This document shows, piece by piece, positions 37,507-47,505 of a stretch of DNA of 64,000 bases; the first letter of the stretch is position 1, and the number at the start of each line of letters is the position of its first letter. The stretch lies in the sequence record PP895363.1; one strand, given 5' to 3'. The notes below the pieces were generated by a model that was not told where the DNA came from, did not search any database, and worked only from the letters and a program-made list of their open reading frames with translations. This DNA is from Klebsiella phage FKP3. Position numbers and translations under genes: made by a program.

Positions 37507-37926
37507 TTAAGCTTGGTTAGGTAATGAATCTATATACACAAGAACAAAACGTTTATCTATACCTGTATCATCATAGTTAGGTCTACCGTTTATTTTAACA
37601 GTATCTACCAAGTACAACTCCCCGTCAGGAACAGCTTCCATATATTTGTATGGGAGAAGTAGGTCTAAGCCATTTGTTACTTTGAAGGTAATGCTAGGTT
37701 CATCACCCGATAACCCTAATAACATTTGCCATGATTCATCACGAGTATTCCAACGCAAACGTATGTCATAGTCTACGCCATCCAATGTTACAGTATAGGT
37801 TTGGTCTGGATATTCATCTGTTTTTAATAACCAAGAAAAATAAACAGATCTGTCTTCTATGAATACAGCATTATAACCAGTATTAGTTGTAGCTCTACTG
37901 GCTTCTGAAAATGTAGAAACTGTCAC
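37507..37926 (-). CDS. tail/baseplate protein, 139 aa
   Basis: ORF. Confidence 0.4.
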   Translation of the reverse strand: MTVSTFSEASRATTNTGYNAVFIEDRSVYFSWLLKTDEYPDQTYTVTLDGVDYDIRLRWNTRDESWQMLLGLSGDEPSITFKVTNGLDLLLPYKYMEAVPDGELYLVDTVKINGRPNYDDTGIDKRFVLVYIDSLPNQA

Positions 37927-37935
37927 TATAACTCC

Positions 37936-38616
37936 TTACTGATTTGAGGCAGTACCATTATTTCTATTCGATGTTCCGGTTGCCTCCCCGGTACGTTCAG
38001 TTAGATTCCCAGATGGGCCTGGGCCTTTCTGTTTAACTGTTCCACCAACGTTCTTATTGCCTTTTGTTTTAGTTGCAATAACATTAGTTTCGGCGTAACT
38101 TACTAGGCGAATTTGTTCAAATTCTAAATCAAACTGCATAGAATATTCAGACTGATAATCATAAGATATACCTTTAAGAATAACATTCTCAAAAATCTTA
38201 TGCTCTGTTATTAGGATAATAGGCTGTCTTGCCTCGAAGATTTGATCTAGGTATGTAATAGCTTGACTTATACGTGTCCCGTTAACGCCTGCGCTATAAA
38301 GCATATCCCGCATTAATCGTATTGGCGTTTCAGTGATCATCCCGGATAAAGAAAAAGTATTATTTTTTATCTGAACGTGGTCTGATACATTAGCACCACT
38401 CTCCACAGGATATGCTGTCACGTCTGCCTGGCGTTTAATCCCAACACTAGGTACAGCGTCGAATACAATAGCTTGATAATCTTGAATATAAGAATTACTT
38501 GCATTATTATATACGCTAGCTAAAATACAAAAACCATTCTGACCTTTGTCTGTAGTTTTTGCATTTGTATTAGATGTGTTATTTACTGTATTTGCCATAA
38601 TAATACTATTGTACAT
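37936..38616 (-). CDS. tail protein, 226 aa
   Basis: ORF downstream of tape measure. Confidence 0.4.
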   Translation of the reverse strand: MYNSIIMANTVNNTSNTNAKTTDKGQNGFCILASVYNNASNSYIQDYQAIVFDAVPSVGIKRQADVTAYPVESGANVSDHVQIKNNTFSLSGMITETPIRLMRDMLYSAGVNGTRISQAITYLDQIFEARQPIILITEHKIFENVILKGISYDYQSEYSMQFDLEFEQIRLVSYAETNVIATKTKGNKNVGGTVKQKGPGPSGNLTERTGEATGTSNRNNGTASNQ

Positions 38617-38668
38617 CAGTTATGATAACATGTTTATCGATACATTGTCAATACTGATGTACAACGTT

Positions 38669-40642
38669 TTAGCCTCCGGTAGAAGATTGTCCACTATTTA
38701 TCTGTAGAGTCAGATCTCTTGTGTAACCACTAAATGATGCATCCATTTCGCTACGTAAGAAATTACTGAATCCATAGCCATCCGGCACAACGTTAATTGT
38801 GAACGAATTGTCAGGGATTGTCAGGGTTGCCTGTAGATTAACAGCAGAGGCAGTAGGATAATACAGATTGCTTCCAAGTGGGCCACCACGATTAACCGCA
38901 AAGCTATACGGATCAAGTCCATTGTAGCTATTGCCGATACCGACTTGGTTAGGGCCAAGTGCTGCTGTACCCGCCATTAGGTTAGCGTTCTGTACCCCAG
39001 GGATACTGTTCAGGCTTGCTACGCTATCAGTGAAACCTTCTAGGTGCGGAATTAACCATTGGCCTAACCAGCTATCGCGATAGTAGGACATACCCAGGAA
39101 GGTATCACTTGCGAGCTGCTCATGTCTGTTCTCAGGATTGATACCTGAAACCCATCTAGCCAAACTAGCCAAGGCTATAGCGACCTCACCTGCGGATTTA
39201 CCAATACTTTTTGCTGCATCCATGAAAATTGGAACGTTCTGAGCGAACTCCGGCGCACCCTTCATTGCATCCATGAAACCAACAACTAGATTAGCATTAA
39301 ATCCATTACCGAACTGGTTCAGTTTTTCAGATAGAATAACATAATTTTGAGCTGCCACCATTTGCTCTTCATTTAGAGCACCACCAGTTTGGGTTAACTG
39401 GCGAACCATATCCATGTATTCTTTACCATTATCTAAGAACATACGTTGGTAGTGCATTAAGTCATCACCGAGGTTCTCCATCAGACGACCAATCTGCGCT
39501 GAGTTCATACCACGGCGCTGACCTTCGTTCACAGTTGCTTGGATAAAGTCAAGAGGTCTGTTTTGGAATTGGGCAATCTGATCTTTAGTCCAGCCAAACT
39601 GGTTCATAATGTCATTAATACCACTATCTCCGCCTTTCCATTTGCCAGATTTTTCATCAAACTGGCTCATCATTGCAGAGTTACCTAAACGTTCACGAAC
39701 GTCCTTGATGTTGTCGATTGCTTTGATGATGTTAGCTGAGTCAACACCGTTCACACGCCCCCATGATTCCATAGCAAGTACGGCATTAGGGTTTGTTTGT
39801 ACGTTCTGAGCACCTCGACTGACCATGTTGGTACGTTGTGCGCTTTCACTCATAATATTACGAATTTGAGCAAGACCAGCTACTAATGCACCACCTACCA
39901 ATGATCCAGCTAGCATTGATGGGTTTAACCCCAGAACACTTTCCTTCACACGTTCATAGCGGCGAGCGCGGTCACGCGCTCTTTGGTCACGAATACGTTT
40001 CTCTTCCCGTTCACGTAATTTGCGCTCACGTTCACGAGCACGAATTCTAGCTTTAGCAATAGCCTCTTCTTCGCGTTTAATACGGCGACGACCTCTAACT
40101 TCATCCTCAATACGAGCGTTTGCTGCTCGATGTGATCGACGAATGTTATCTAACTGATGCGCCATTGTTTGGTTTACACGCGCTAGGGTTATCTTCTCTT
40201 GGCGGTATAAGTCAAGTGTTTGTGCAATAATCCTGTTTGCTTGTGTTAATGTGGCAATATCGGCTTTAGGTAGGGCCGCAGCTCGGAAGGAGAAGTTCTC
40301 CATCTTCATTGCTGCAATGTCTGCTCTACGTTGTGCCGGATCAACCTTGGGTGGTTTAGGTGGTCTACCTGGAGGGCCAGGAGGTGGTGGTGGTGGATTT
40401 CCACCTGGGGGATGTGGAGGAGGATTACCTCCTCCCTGACCACGCATTAAATCCCGAACACGTTTCGCGTAACGTTCCATCTCCTGCATCTGCTTTCTCA
40501 TCCTTGTCATGTCTAAGGATGGTTTAATACCTTCTGCGAAAGTCTTAACACTCTGAATAGAGTCTTTAGCTTCTTTCAGGCTTTGTTTATCCACCGTGAA
40601 GGTAACAGTGTTTTTAATTTTAGAGGTATTAATTTCTAGCAA
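38669..40642 (-). CDS. tail tape measure protein
   Basis: 657 aa, long coiled-coil-rich central region, Pro/Gly-rich low-complexity block GGGNPPPHPPGGNPPPPPPGPPGRPPKPP. Confidence 0.75.
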   Translation of the reverse strand: MLEINTSKIKNTVTFTVDKQSLKEAKDSIQSVKTFAEGIKPSLDMTRMRKQMQEMERYAKRVRDLMRGQGGGNPPPHPPGGNPPPPPPGPPGRPPKPPKVDPAQRRADIAAMKMENFSFRAAALPKADIATLTQANRIIAQTLDLYRQEKITLARVNQTMAHQLDNIRRSHRAANARIEDEVRGRRRIKREEEAIAKARIRARERERKLREREEKRIRDQRARDRARRYERVKESVLGLNPSMLAGSLVGGALVAGLAQIRNIMSESAQRTNMVSRGAQNVQTNPNAVLAMESWGRVNGVDSANIIKAIDNIKDVRERLGNSAMMSQFDEKSGKWKGGDSGINDIMNQFGWTKDQIAQFQNRPLDFIQATVNEGQRRGMNSAQIGRLMENLGDDLMHYQRMFLDNGKEYMDMVRQLTQTGGALNEEQMVAAQNYVILSEKLNQFGNGFNANLVVGFMDAMKGAPEFAQNVPIFMDAAKSIGKSAGEVAIALASLARWVSGINPENRHEQLASDTFLGMSYYRDSWLGQWLIPHLEGFTDSVASLNSIPGVQNANLMAGTAALGPNQVGIGNSYNGLDPYSFAVNRGGPLGSNLYYPTASAVNLQATLTIPDNSFTINVVPDGYGFSNFLRSEMDASFSGYTRDLTLQINSGQSSTGG

Positions 40643-40654
40643 GGGAGTTCTCCG

Positions 40655-40888
40655 TTATTCTGCTGGAATCATCTTTTTGAGAGCTTTATCTAACTCTTGT
40701 ACTGTTTTTTGTTGCCCTTTCTTTATATCAACATCTTTGTGGTACATAGCATCAACATATTCTTCAAAAGATAGATATTCGTATAGTTTTAATAAATAAT
40801 CCACACCGTAATTATCCAATGTGGATAAGGTTTCTGACGTATTTTTAACTACCTTACAAAGAATTACTTCATACCATGTTAAACTCAT
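40655..40888 (-). CDS. tail assembly chaperone, downstream ORF (in -1 frame relative to 40930-41409)
   Basis: Position directly upstream of TMP; its frame stays open into the 3' end of the preceding gene. Confidence 0.45.
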   Translation of the reverse strand: MSLTWYEVILCKVVKNTSETLSTLDNYGVDYLLKLYEYLSFEEYVDAMYHKDVDIKKGQQKTVQELDKALKKMIPAE

Positions 40889-40929
40889 AGTTTGCGATGC
40901 TATTTGTATTGCATGTTCAATAGCTGGGC

Positions 40930-41409
40930 TTAACTCTGTACCAGGCTCTCTATTCCTTTGAATTGGGTCAATAGTTTGCCGAAACCGCGTTTGAAAAAAG
41001 GGCCATAGTTCACCTCAAGAACTTTAGCTGTCAGGTCAATAACGAGTTCAGGGTGTGCGAAAAATAATTCATCAAAGTTTTCAGATACATTATGACCTGA
41101 TTCTGTGTAAACTTCATCTAGAATTTTCTTTAGAAAGTTAGCTAGATTTTTTTCTTCTAGACCAGAAAACAGTTGAATCAAAGCCATTGCAATACGAGGT
41201 TCTAAATCTTCGTCTGCTGACATAGCTGCTGTGTCATACATAACCATAGGGACGGCTAAAACACTGCCTAGTTCAGGAATCCTTTCAAATACTTTAGTAG
41301 GATTCCACTTTAAAATTCTAAATGTTGCGAAACGTCCTTCTTCTAATGGAATATCAACCATAACTTCTGGACGTGCGAATTTTTGAATTGTATTATCTTT
41401 TTGTTCCAT
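40930..41409 (-). CDS. tail assembly chaperone
   Basis: 159 aa, between tube and TMP. Confidence 0.5.
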   Translation of the reverse strand: MEQKDNTIQKFARPEVMVDIPLEEGRFATFRILKWNPTKVFERIPELGSVLAVPMVMYDTAAMSADEDLEPRIAMALIQLFSGLEEKNLANFLKKILDEVYTESGHNVSENFDELFFAHPELVIDLTAKVLEVNYGPFFKRGFGKLLTQFKGIESLVQS

Positions 41410-41420
41410 TATTTCCTCTC

Positions 41421-41446
41421 TTAAAAGAAAAGGGCATTTCTGCCCT
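41421..41446 (-). terminator. Rho-independent terminator after the tail tube gene (minus-strand sense AGGGCAGAAATGCCCT + TTTTCTTTT)
   Basis: 6-bp stem, T-run in minus sense. Confidence 0.6.
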
Positions 41447-41451
41447 TTATA

Positions 41452-41931
41452 TTACTGAATAGTTAGAGCTGTAATTGAGTTAAGTACGTTAACTCCAGCA
41501 CCTACTGCTGAACGAAGCAGGCTTGCATCTTTAAGACCAATTACCCACTGGTTCTCTTGAATTGTTTCTCCGATGGTGTCATCAGGTTGACTTTGAATCC
41601 ATCCAATGGTAGAAATATAGTATCCACGAGGATCTTCCAGATAGACTGAGAATGCAACTTGGCGAGTTGAATACATAGTCTGTGCATACGCAGAAAGAAC
41701 TTCGTTGGCTGGTGATGTACGTTGTAGCGACATAGTTAGAGTACCTAGACGGTTACGACTAAGTGCTAGTGAAACATCTCCATCAGTACCAGAATATGGG
41801 TTGATGATATCATTACTTTTAGAAATAACGATCTTAGTGTCTGCGGCAAATCCCCACGGCTCCCATCCACCAAGAGATAGAATCACCTGGGAAGGGTCGT
41901 AAGCATAGATGCCAGTAAGCATTTTATCCAA
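41452..41931 (-). CDS. tail tube protein
   Basis: 159 aa immediately downstream of the sheath gene, followed by a terminator. Confidence 0.55.
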   Translation of the reverse strand: MDKMLTGIYAYDPSQVILSLGGWEPWGFAADTKIVISKSNDIINPYSGTDGDVSLALSRNRLGTLTMSLQRTSPANEVLSAYAQTMYSTRQVAFSVYLEDPRGYYISTIGWIQSQPDDTIGETIQENQWVIGLKDASLLRSAVGAGVNVLNSITALTIQ

Positions 41932-41979
41932 AGTGGATCTCCTTTATTTACATTCATGCGGGGTTTCCCCCGCTTTTAA

Positions 41980-43386
41980 TTATGAAGATGTTGTGCTGCT
42001 ATTGCTAGTAGTACTGCTCGAAGTACGATTGGTCAATACGTTGACCTGTACTTTGACATAGTGGAAGAACCCAGCGTAGACATATTCAATAACCATTCCA
42101 TCAACCAGACGTTGATTGATTTGAGCATCAGTCATATCTGCACGAGAAGGGATATAGACAGTAGGTTTTAAACTTACTAATTGACCTGTTTCTTCTGAAG
42201 TAACAATTTCATTGGCAATAGTACCGTTCAGAATACCTACTTGAATTGGGTTAGCAGTAACTGCTTGACGAATCAATGCTAAACCAGCAGAAGTTGCACG
42301 AACACCTGAACCCATCATGGATTGTTGTTTGAACAGGGCGAACAGGGATTCATCTACACGTGCTTTGAACCATAATGCATGAACAATATAGTCAGCATAG
42401 AAGCCACTAACCATGAATCCATCACGGTAGAACAATGTTCCATGCTCTTTACGATAGATATTTCCGTTCTGCTGAACAATGTAGTTCTCAGCTGTAGTGC
42501 TAAGTTTTTCTAGTTCAATACCAACAAGAGTTTTACCATGTAAGGTTGTAACACCTGGTTGAGCAGAACAAATACTACCAACCACAGCAGCTTCCGGGAA
42601 GACAGAGTCGGCTGTACTCATCCACAATGCCATGCTGGTGTTATTATAACCCATATTCCCAAGACGTTTGAGAATGTTGCCTTCCGCATTAGTGGTAATT
42701 GCTGTATCAGAACTGGAGAAGAAATAAACTTTATCATGTTCTTCTACATAACCTGCCAAGTCGATAATATCTTGATCAGCGTGGGAGTCTGACAGTAACC
42801 AGAACCAGGAGTTATCTGCATCTGCAATAGCGGTAATATCTTCTGAGATATCATTTGCATATGCTACTGTTCCTGTTAAGCCGCTTGCAGAAACTGTTGC
42901 TAGTTTACCAACTACCGGGGTAAAGGTAATAACAGCACCATCATTTGCTACAGTGAAATACGCACTGTATGTAGAATCTGCATTAATGAGATCTGTTAGT
43001 CCTACTACAATCTCTTGGGCAGTGGCGGAAGTATCTGCAACAAAAGTAAAATCTTTTGAATTTTGTCCTGCTTTAATAGTGACTGTGTAGGTAGCACCAT
43101 TAACAACAGTAGGGGTGAAAGTAAAAGTACTTACTTCACGTTTACCAATCATTACTTGCTGTGGTTTAAACAAGCCATCAAATAATAGTTTAGCCATTTT
43201 ATAGGCTGGATCACTTGTACTAAAACCTGCGGCTAGTAATGCATCGGTTGAAGTAAAGTAATCTACAAGATTATCAGTGACGTTATGCCCTGTAAGAATT
43301 AGAGGGATATCAAATTGTGTTTCACTGATTGAAGTAGCGCCGTAAGTTAGAGTAACGGAAACTACCTTATCACGAAAAGTTGCCAT
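41980..43386 (-). CDS. tail sheath protein
   Basis: 468 aa, location and size typical of contractile sheath. Confidence 0.65.
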   Translation of the reverse strand: MATFRDKVVSVTLTYGATSISETQFDIPLILTGHNVTDNLVDYFTSTDALLAAGFSTSDPAYKMAKLLFDGLFKPQQVMIGKREVSTFTFTPTVVNGATYTVTIKAGQNSKDFTFVADTSATAQEIVVGLTDLINADSTYSAYFTVANDGAVITFTPVVGKLATVSASGLTGTVAYANDISEDITAIADADNSWFWLLSDSHADQDIIDLAGYVEEHDKVYFFSSSDTAITTNAEGNILKRLGNMGYNNTSMALWMSTADSVFPEAAVVGSICSAQPGVTTLHGKTLVGIELEKLSTTAENYIVQQNGNIYRKEHGTLFYRDGFMVSGFYADYIVHALWFKARVDESLFALFKQQSMMGSGVRATSAGLALIRQAVTANPIQVGILNGTIANEIVTSEETGQLVSLKPTVYIPSRADMTDAQINQRLVDGMVIEYVYAGFFHYVKVQVNVLTNRTSSSTTSNSSTTSS

Positions 43387-43463
43387 TTATGCTCCTGTTA
43401 GAAACTTTGGTCTTAGAAAAATTATCCACATGGATAAAGGTTATTTAATCTTATGATGTACTC

Positions 43464-44174
43464 TTAAGAGTTATTCCACCACGTAGATGATGTGTTTTTA
43501 GGGAGTCCGTCCTTATTTACAAATGAGTATACGGCATCAGAGGATTCCAAAACTCCTGCATAAATGTTCACTAGATCTAGGGACAAACTCAAAGGTGTAG
43601 GATCTTCATAACTAGTACGATATGAGGTGACTGTTAGATCTACCTGCTCTACTTCTGTAGTAGCTAAATCCTCAATAACCATTGTTGTATTAAATGTTAA
43701 GAATATTCTTGCCCTAGGCTCTGTCTTATCCCCATCTAAAATTGTATTAGCTTGAGCTACATTTGTTGCGGATAGGAAACTAACTCCTTTGGAATAAAGA
43801 TATTGGTATTTTAGTTCATCTGCACCGCGTAAGGCTGCAAGAACATAGGTTAGTAATGTGACAGGTCTTCCACGACAAGCTAGTAATTCGATGTCATACT
43901 TATTATCCATTAAGTAGGAAAACATATCATTCTCAAAAGAAAACTTTTGAGACCAACCATTAGAGTCATCGGATGATACAATCCGTAATGCTAAATAAGG
44001 CCCATCGGGTTTTATGAATGGTTTATCCATTAAAAAAACAGGCAAGCCTACAAGTCTATGAATAAAAGCTCCAATATTTTCAAGAATATTGTTTTCATAG
44101 GCTTCTATTTGTTCATAGATACTAGCCAAAGTTACCACCTTCCTTTTCATAAGACCAAGTATTATTTTGGTCAT
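43464..44174 (-). CDS. neck / tail completion protein
   Basis: 236 aa; order. Confidence 0.4.
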   Translation of the reverse strand: MTKIILGLMKRKVVTLASIYEQIEAYENNILENIGAFIHRLVGLPVFLMDKPFIKPDGPYLALRIVSSDDSNGWSQKFSFENDMFSYLMDNKYDIELLACRGRPVTLLTYVLAALRGADELKYQYLYSKGVSFLSATNVAQANTILDGDKTEPRARIFLTFNTTMVIEDLATTEVEQVDLTVTSYRTSYEDPTPLSLSLDLVNIYAGVLESSDAVYSFVNKDGLPKNTSSTWWNNS

Positions 44175-44562
44175 CTAGGATAGCTACACAGTGACAATGA
44201 ATTAAAAACGATGTTCTTGTCCAATCTTTAAGAGCATAGATAGAGTACCACAAACCATCTATTAAAATCTGATCTGATAGTTGATCTGTTCCCTGTTGAA
44301 TTCCGTGTATCTCTGTTTTTGTCCAAAAGCTATATTGAGCTTTCGATCTATATCCTTCAGGAAGCGCCTGTAAAGTTTTCCCTGAGATAGGTTGTAAGCT
44401 AGCTGCTTCTATGTTGAATGTCGTATATTGGATAGAATTATCCATGTTACCAAAAACAGATGTAGAACTTTCCACATATGTTCGTCTTCGCCCTTGATAA
44501 GTGGTGAGATCAAGGAGAGTAAAATTATCTAATAGCATTTGTATCTCCTTTTTAGTATACAT
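44122..44562 (-). CDS. neck / head-tail joining protein
   Basis: 146 aa. Confidence 0.4.
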   Translation of the reverse strand: MYTKKEIQMLLDNFTLLDLTTYQGRRRTYVESSTSVFGNMDNSIQYTTFNIEAASLQPISGKTLQALPEGYRSKAQYSFWTKTEIHGIQQGTDQLSDQILIDGLWYSIYALKDWTRTSFLIHCHCVAILDDQNNTWSYEKEGGNFG

Positions 44563-44583
44563 TAAAAATTAACTAATTGCAAG

Positions 44584-45072
44584 TTATTTTTTAGAACGTC
44601 TACGAGTAACTTTAGTTTCAATACCATTTATTAAGTGACCACTATCAATAAGTATGTGAGTAGAATAGTTACCTTTATCTTGACGTATTTTAATAGTTAC
44701 AGGAGATAGTGGACGATATCTTTGTAACGCAATTGCTTGGGCAATACCTTCTCGGGAAGCTTTTGCTACAGGTTCAAATGCTGCCAAACCTTTTCCGTGT
44801 AATAAGTAATCTCTGAACACTGTAGTCCATAACTTAGGTATTTCTTTACTTGCATGTAGTGCTCCGTCCGTTAAAAACGGCCTTGCTGGAGTATTATTAG
44901 TATCACTACCGAACTGCTGAATAGCTGCAATGGCAGGAAGAGTGAGATCAGTTTCAGGATGTTTCTTTGGAGTTAGATAGCCTGCATCTATCTCAATATT
45001 ATCTAAAGCTAATATTTTTTTAAAATACTCATCAAGAGACATATCGTCTCCTTTTGTGATCTCACTTTTCAT
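44584..45072 (-). CDS. head-tail connector protein
   Basis: 162 aa. Confidence 0.4.
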   Translation of the reverse strand: MKSEITKGDDMSLDEYFKKILALDNIEIDAGYLTPKKHPETDLTLPAIAAIQQFGSDTNNTPARPFLTDGALHASKEIPKLWTTVFRDYLLHGKGLAAFEPVAKASREGIAQAIALQRYRPLSPVTIKIRQDKGNYSTHILIDSGHLINGIETKVTRRRSKK

Positions 45073-45620
45073 TACCTATCTCTTCTATAAAATCCCACTG
45101 GCCCATAATTTCTTAGATAATTAATATTTCTAGTATTTCTATCTACACTAGCAACACCACCTAAGCCATTTACAGAGTTAGGATCACTATTTACACGTTC
45201 GATTTCTCTGGCATCTACACCGCCAACGAGAATTTTACTTGTAACACCTCGTCCAGATGCACAACCAGGGATCATCATGTCTCCATTCAGATACCCGTTA
45301 TAGATATCCTCCCAAGGTGAATGGTATTCTGATTGCCCATTGCTGAACACTACTTCTACTTGTATTTCACCAACTTTCTCTTTCCTAGAGATAGCCCCGC
45401 CAGTTTGGTCGTTGTGATTTAATAGATCAGTGTTCCAAAGATATTCAAGAACGGAAATTAAACTATTCCATAGCACTGCACACTTATTACTATCATTATT
45501 ACCTATAATATCAATCCATGTTTGAATTATCTGTTCAACTATCTCATCAGGAAGAACTTCTTGTGAGGGATTGAACACAAGTATGCGTATCATAGGGACT
45601 AAATCAGCAGCTACTAACAT
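45072..45620 (-). CDS. head completion protein
   Basis: 182 aa. Confidence 0.4.
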   Translation of the reverse strand: MLVAADLVPMIRILVFNPSQEVLPDEIVEQIIQTWIDIIGNNDSNKCAVLWNSLISVLEYLWNTDLLNHNDQTGGAISRKEKVGEIQVEVVFSNGQSEYHSPWEDIYNGYLNGDMMIPGCASGRGVTSKILVGGVDAREIERVNSDPNSVNGLGGVASVDRNTRNINYLRNYGPVGFYRRDR

Positions 45621-45629
45621 AGATGCTCC

Positions 45630-45989
45630 TTATTTCTGTGAAGGGGCGGAACGCTGAGATCTTTTCTTAGCTGGGGTATCTACTGCTTTTACTTCTAAAA
45701 CTTCTTGTTTTTCATTCTGAACAGGCGCATAATCTTCATAGCTTACTAAAAAGAAGCCTCTCTGTTCTTCACTTCCAAAAGGATTTACTTTCAGTCCGGT
45801 TTCTTCTCTAAGACGAGTTAAGAAGTGAATAAAATTTCCACCTAGAGCCACACGACCATCTTTAGTATAAAAAGACATAGGAGGTGCAGTGGTTAGTGTT
45901 TTCTCAAAATCTAAGTTAGAAGCAAGTTCTGAGAAATCTTTTACCATTTCATGGTAACTAAAATAAGTTTTTACAGTTGGATTTGACAT
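45630..45989 (-). CDS. hypothetical head protein, 119 aa
   Basis: ORF. Confidence 0.4.
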   Translation of the reverse strand: MSNPTVKTYFSYHEMVKDFSELASNLDFEKTLTTAPPMSFYTKDGRVALGGNFIHFLTRLREETGLKVNPFGSEEQRGFFLVSYEDYAPVQNEKQEVLEVKAVDTPAKKRSQRSAPSQK

Positions 45990-46021
45990 ACGGTTCTCCT
46001 CGTATTATAGTCTTATTATAA

Positions 46022-46055
46022 CAAAAAAGCCCACCCGCAAGGGGCAGGCTTTTTA
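46022..46055. terminator. imperfect GC-rich hairpin flanked by A-run and T-run downstream of the major capsid gene
   Basis: ACAAAAAAGCC-CACCC-GCAA-GGGGCAGGC-TTTTTA. Confidence 0.45.
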
Positions 46056-46068
46056 TCATCCGTTAGGA

Positions 46069-47070
46069 TTAAGCAGTGGTCAGACGAACAACCAGTTCTG
46101 GACGAGTGTTAACAGCCAGAAGTGAGAATTCAGACTGAAGCTGAACTTGACGGTGTTCTGAAACCATGAAGGTATACAGTTCACGAGCCACAGTGTTGGC
46201 TAGCTCTGGAGTGTCTGCTGGCGCGTAGTGCGCTTGGAACATATCTGCAATACCCATTGGTAGAACATATGCTTCACCAGCAGGAATGTTACCGTGGATA
46301 TCTTCGATATAAGTAACACCATCCCACTCGAATACCTGAACGTCCATATTACCGCTTAGACGGTCGCGTAGCAGGTTAGGAGTACCTTGGTAGTACTGAT
46401 ACGCCTGACGAACGAATGGAGAGTTCACCAGAGACGCGAAGAATTTGCGTGAACACAGTGCAACGATACGAGTTGCAGTAGAACCGTCTTGCTTTGTATC
46501 AATGATATAAGCACGAGCTTCTGCTTCAACAGTTGCTGCTGGAGAAACAGTAGTTGACGCGAAATCAATCGGTACAACTTTCTGAGTTGCGCCCCATTCA
46601 GTGTACCAGTTGTACGCTGAGTTTACGCTACCATCAGTACCGACATAAGCAGTACCCATTACAGCATTTGCGAAGATGGTTTCTTTTGTTTTAGCAACGT
46701 CACGCAGGATTTGAGCCATGTAACGGTTAACAACTTCCGCTTCAGTACGCAGTTGATCATTAATACCAGCCATAGCGAAGCTACGGAAGGACTGAATGTC
46801 TTGTGCTTTGATGTTCTTATCCAGAGGGAAGAACGGAATACGGAATACTTTAACAGTTGGCTGAGCCATAGTAAGGAAGTTACGTTCCCCACCACGTTCA
46901 CGTGCTGGGATCAGTCCGTCATTCACTTTCTCTTTACCGACTTCAATAGCGGTAGTTTGGTGATAGTAAGTGTCGAACAGACCTAAACTTGAAATAAGAG
47001 TGTCAGGAGAGTCCTGTAGCTCAATCATTGGGCTAAAGTCAACAACCTGATCCAGAATAATAGCTGGCAT
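46069..47070 (-). CDS. major capsid protein
   Basis: 333 aa, directly downstream of protease/scaffold and decoration genes, followed by a terminator. Confidence 0.65.
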   Translation of the reverse strand: MPAIILDQVVDFSPMIELQDSPDTLISSLGLFDTYYHQTTAIEVGKEKVNDGLIPARERGGERNFLTMAQPTVKVFRIPFFPLDKNIKAQDIQSFRSFAMAGINDQLRTEAEVVNRYMAQILRDVAKTKETIFANAVMGTAYVGTDGSVNSAYNWYTEWGATQKVVPIDFASTTVSPAATVEAEARAYIIDTKQDGSTATRIVALCSRKFFASLVNSPFVRQAYQYYQGTPNLLRDRLSGNMDVQVFEWDGVTYIEDIHGNIPAGEAYVLPMGIADMFQAHYAPADTPELANTVARELYTFMVSEHRQVQLQSEFSLLAVNTRPELVVRLTTA

Positions 47071-47094
47071 GTAAAATCTCCTTTATAATAATAA

Positions 47095-47487
47095 TTAAGA
47101 AGTGAAAACGACTTTTTCAGTCAGTTTCAGATCATGAGTTTCGAGAGCGGCGACACCAGCATCGTCAATCAGAGAACCGTTGCTGTAATAAACTGCAAAA
47201 CGGTTAAGAGTTAGATCGCGAACACCAACAACTGCTGTAAATGTTTCACCAACTGCTACATCGTCAATACTGAACAGTGCATCAGTCCAAAGCAGAACTT
47301 TTACAGCATCAGCAGCGCTTGCAGCTTCAGTGTTATCTGCACCAAGTACAGAACCGATACGCATGGTAGCAGTTTTAACAAGGTTGATTTCACGAACGCA
47401 ATGTCCAAGGTCAGAGCTAAATACACCACCCAGAACTAGGAATCCGAATTCCTGGCGGTAGTTTTGTAATGTAATTCCTGTTGCCAT
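47095..47487 (-). CDS. head decoration/auxiliary protein
   Basis: 130 aa between scaffold and capsid. Confidence 0.4.
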   Translation of the reverse strand: MATGITLQNYRQEFGFLVLGGVFSSDLGHCVREINLVKTATMRIGSVLGADNTEAASAADAVKVLLWTDALFSIDDVAVGETFTAVVGVRDLTLNRFAVYYSNGSLIDDAGVAALETHDLKLTEKVVFTS

Positions 47488-47505
47488 TAATTAAATCTCC
47501 TAAGA

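Noticed and set aside
40925-40990. Search for a canonical -1 slippery heptamer at the chaperone overlap
   Set aside because: No A AAA AAG / G GGA AAG-type site was found. The frameshift is therefore left as a low-confidence inference.
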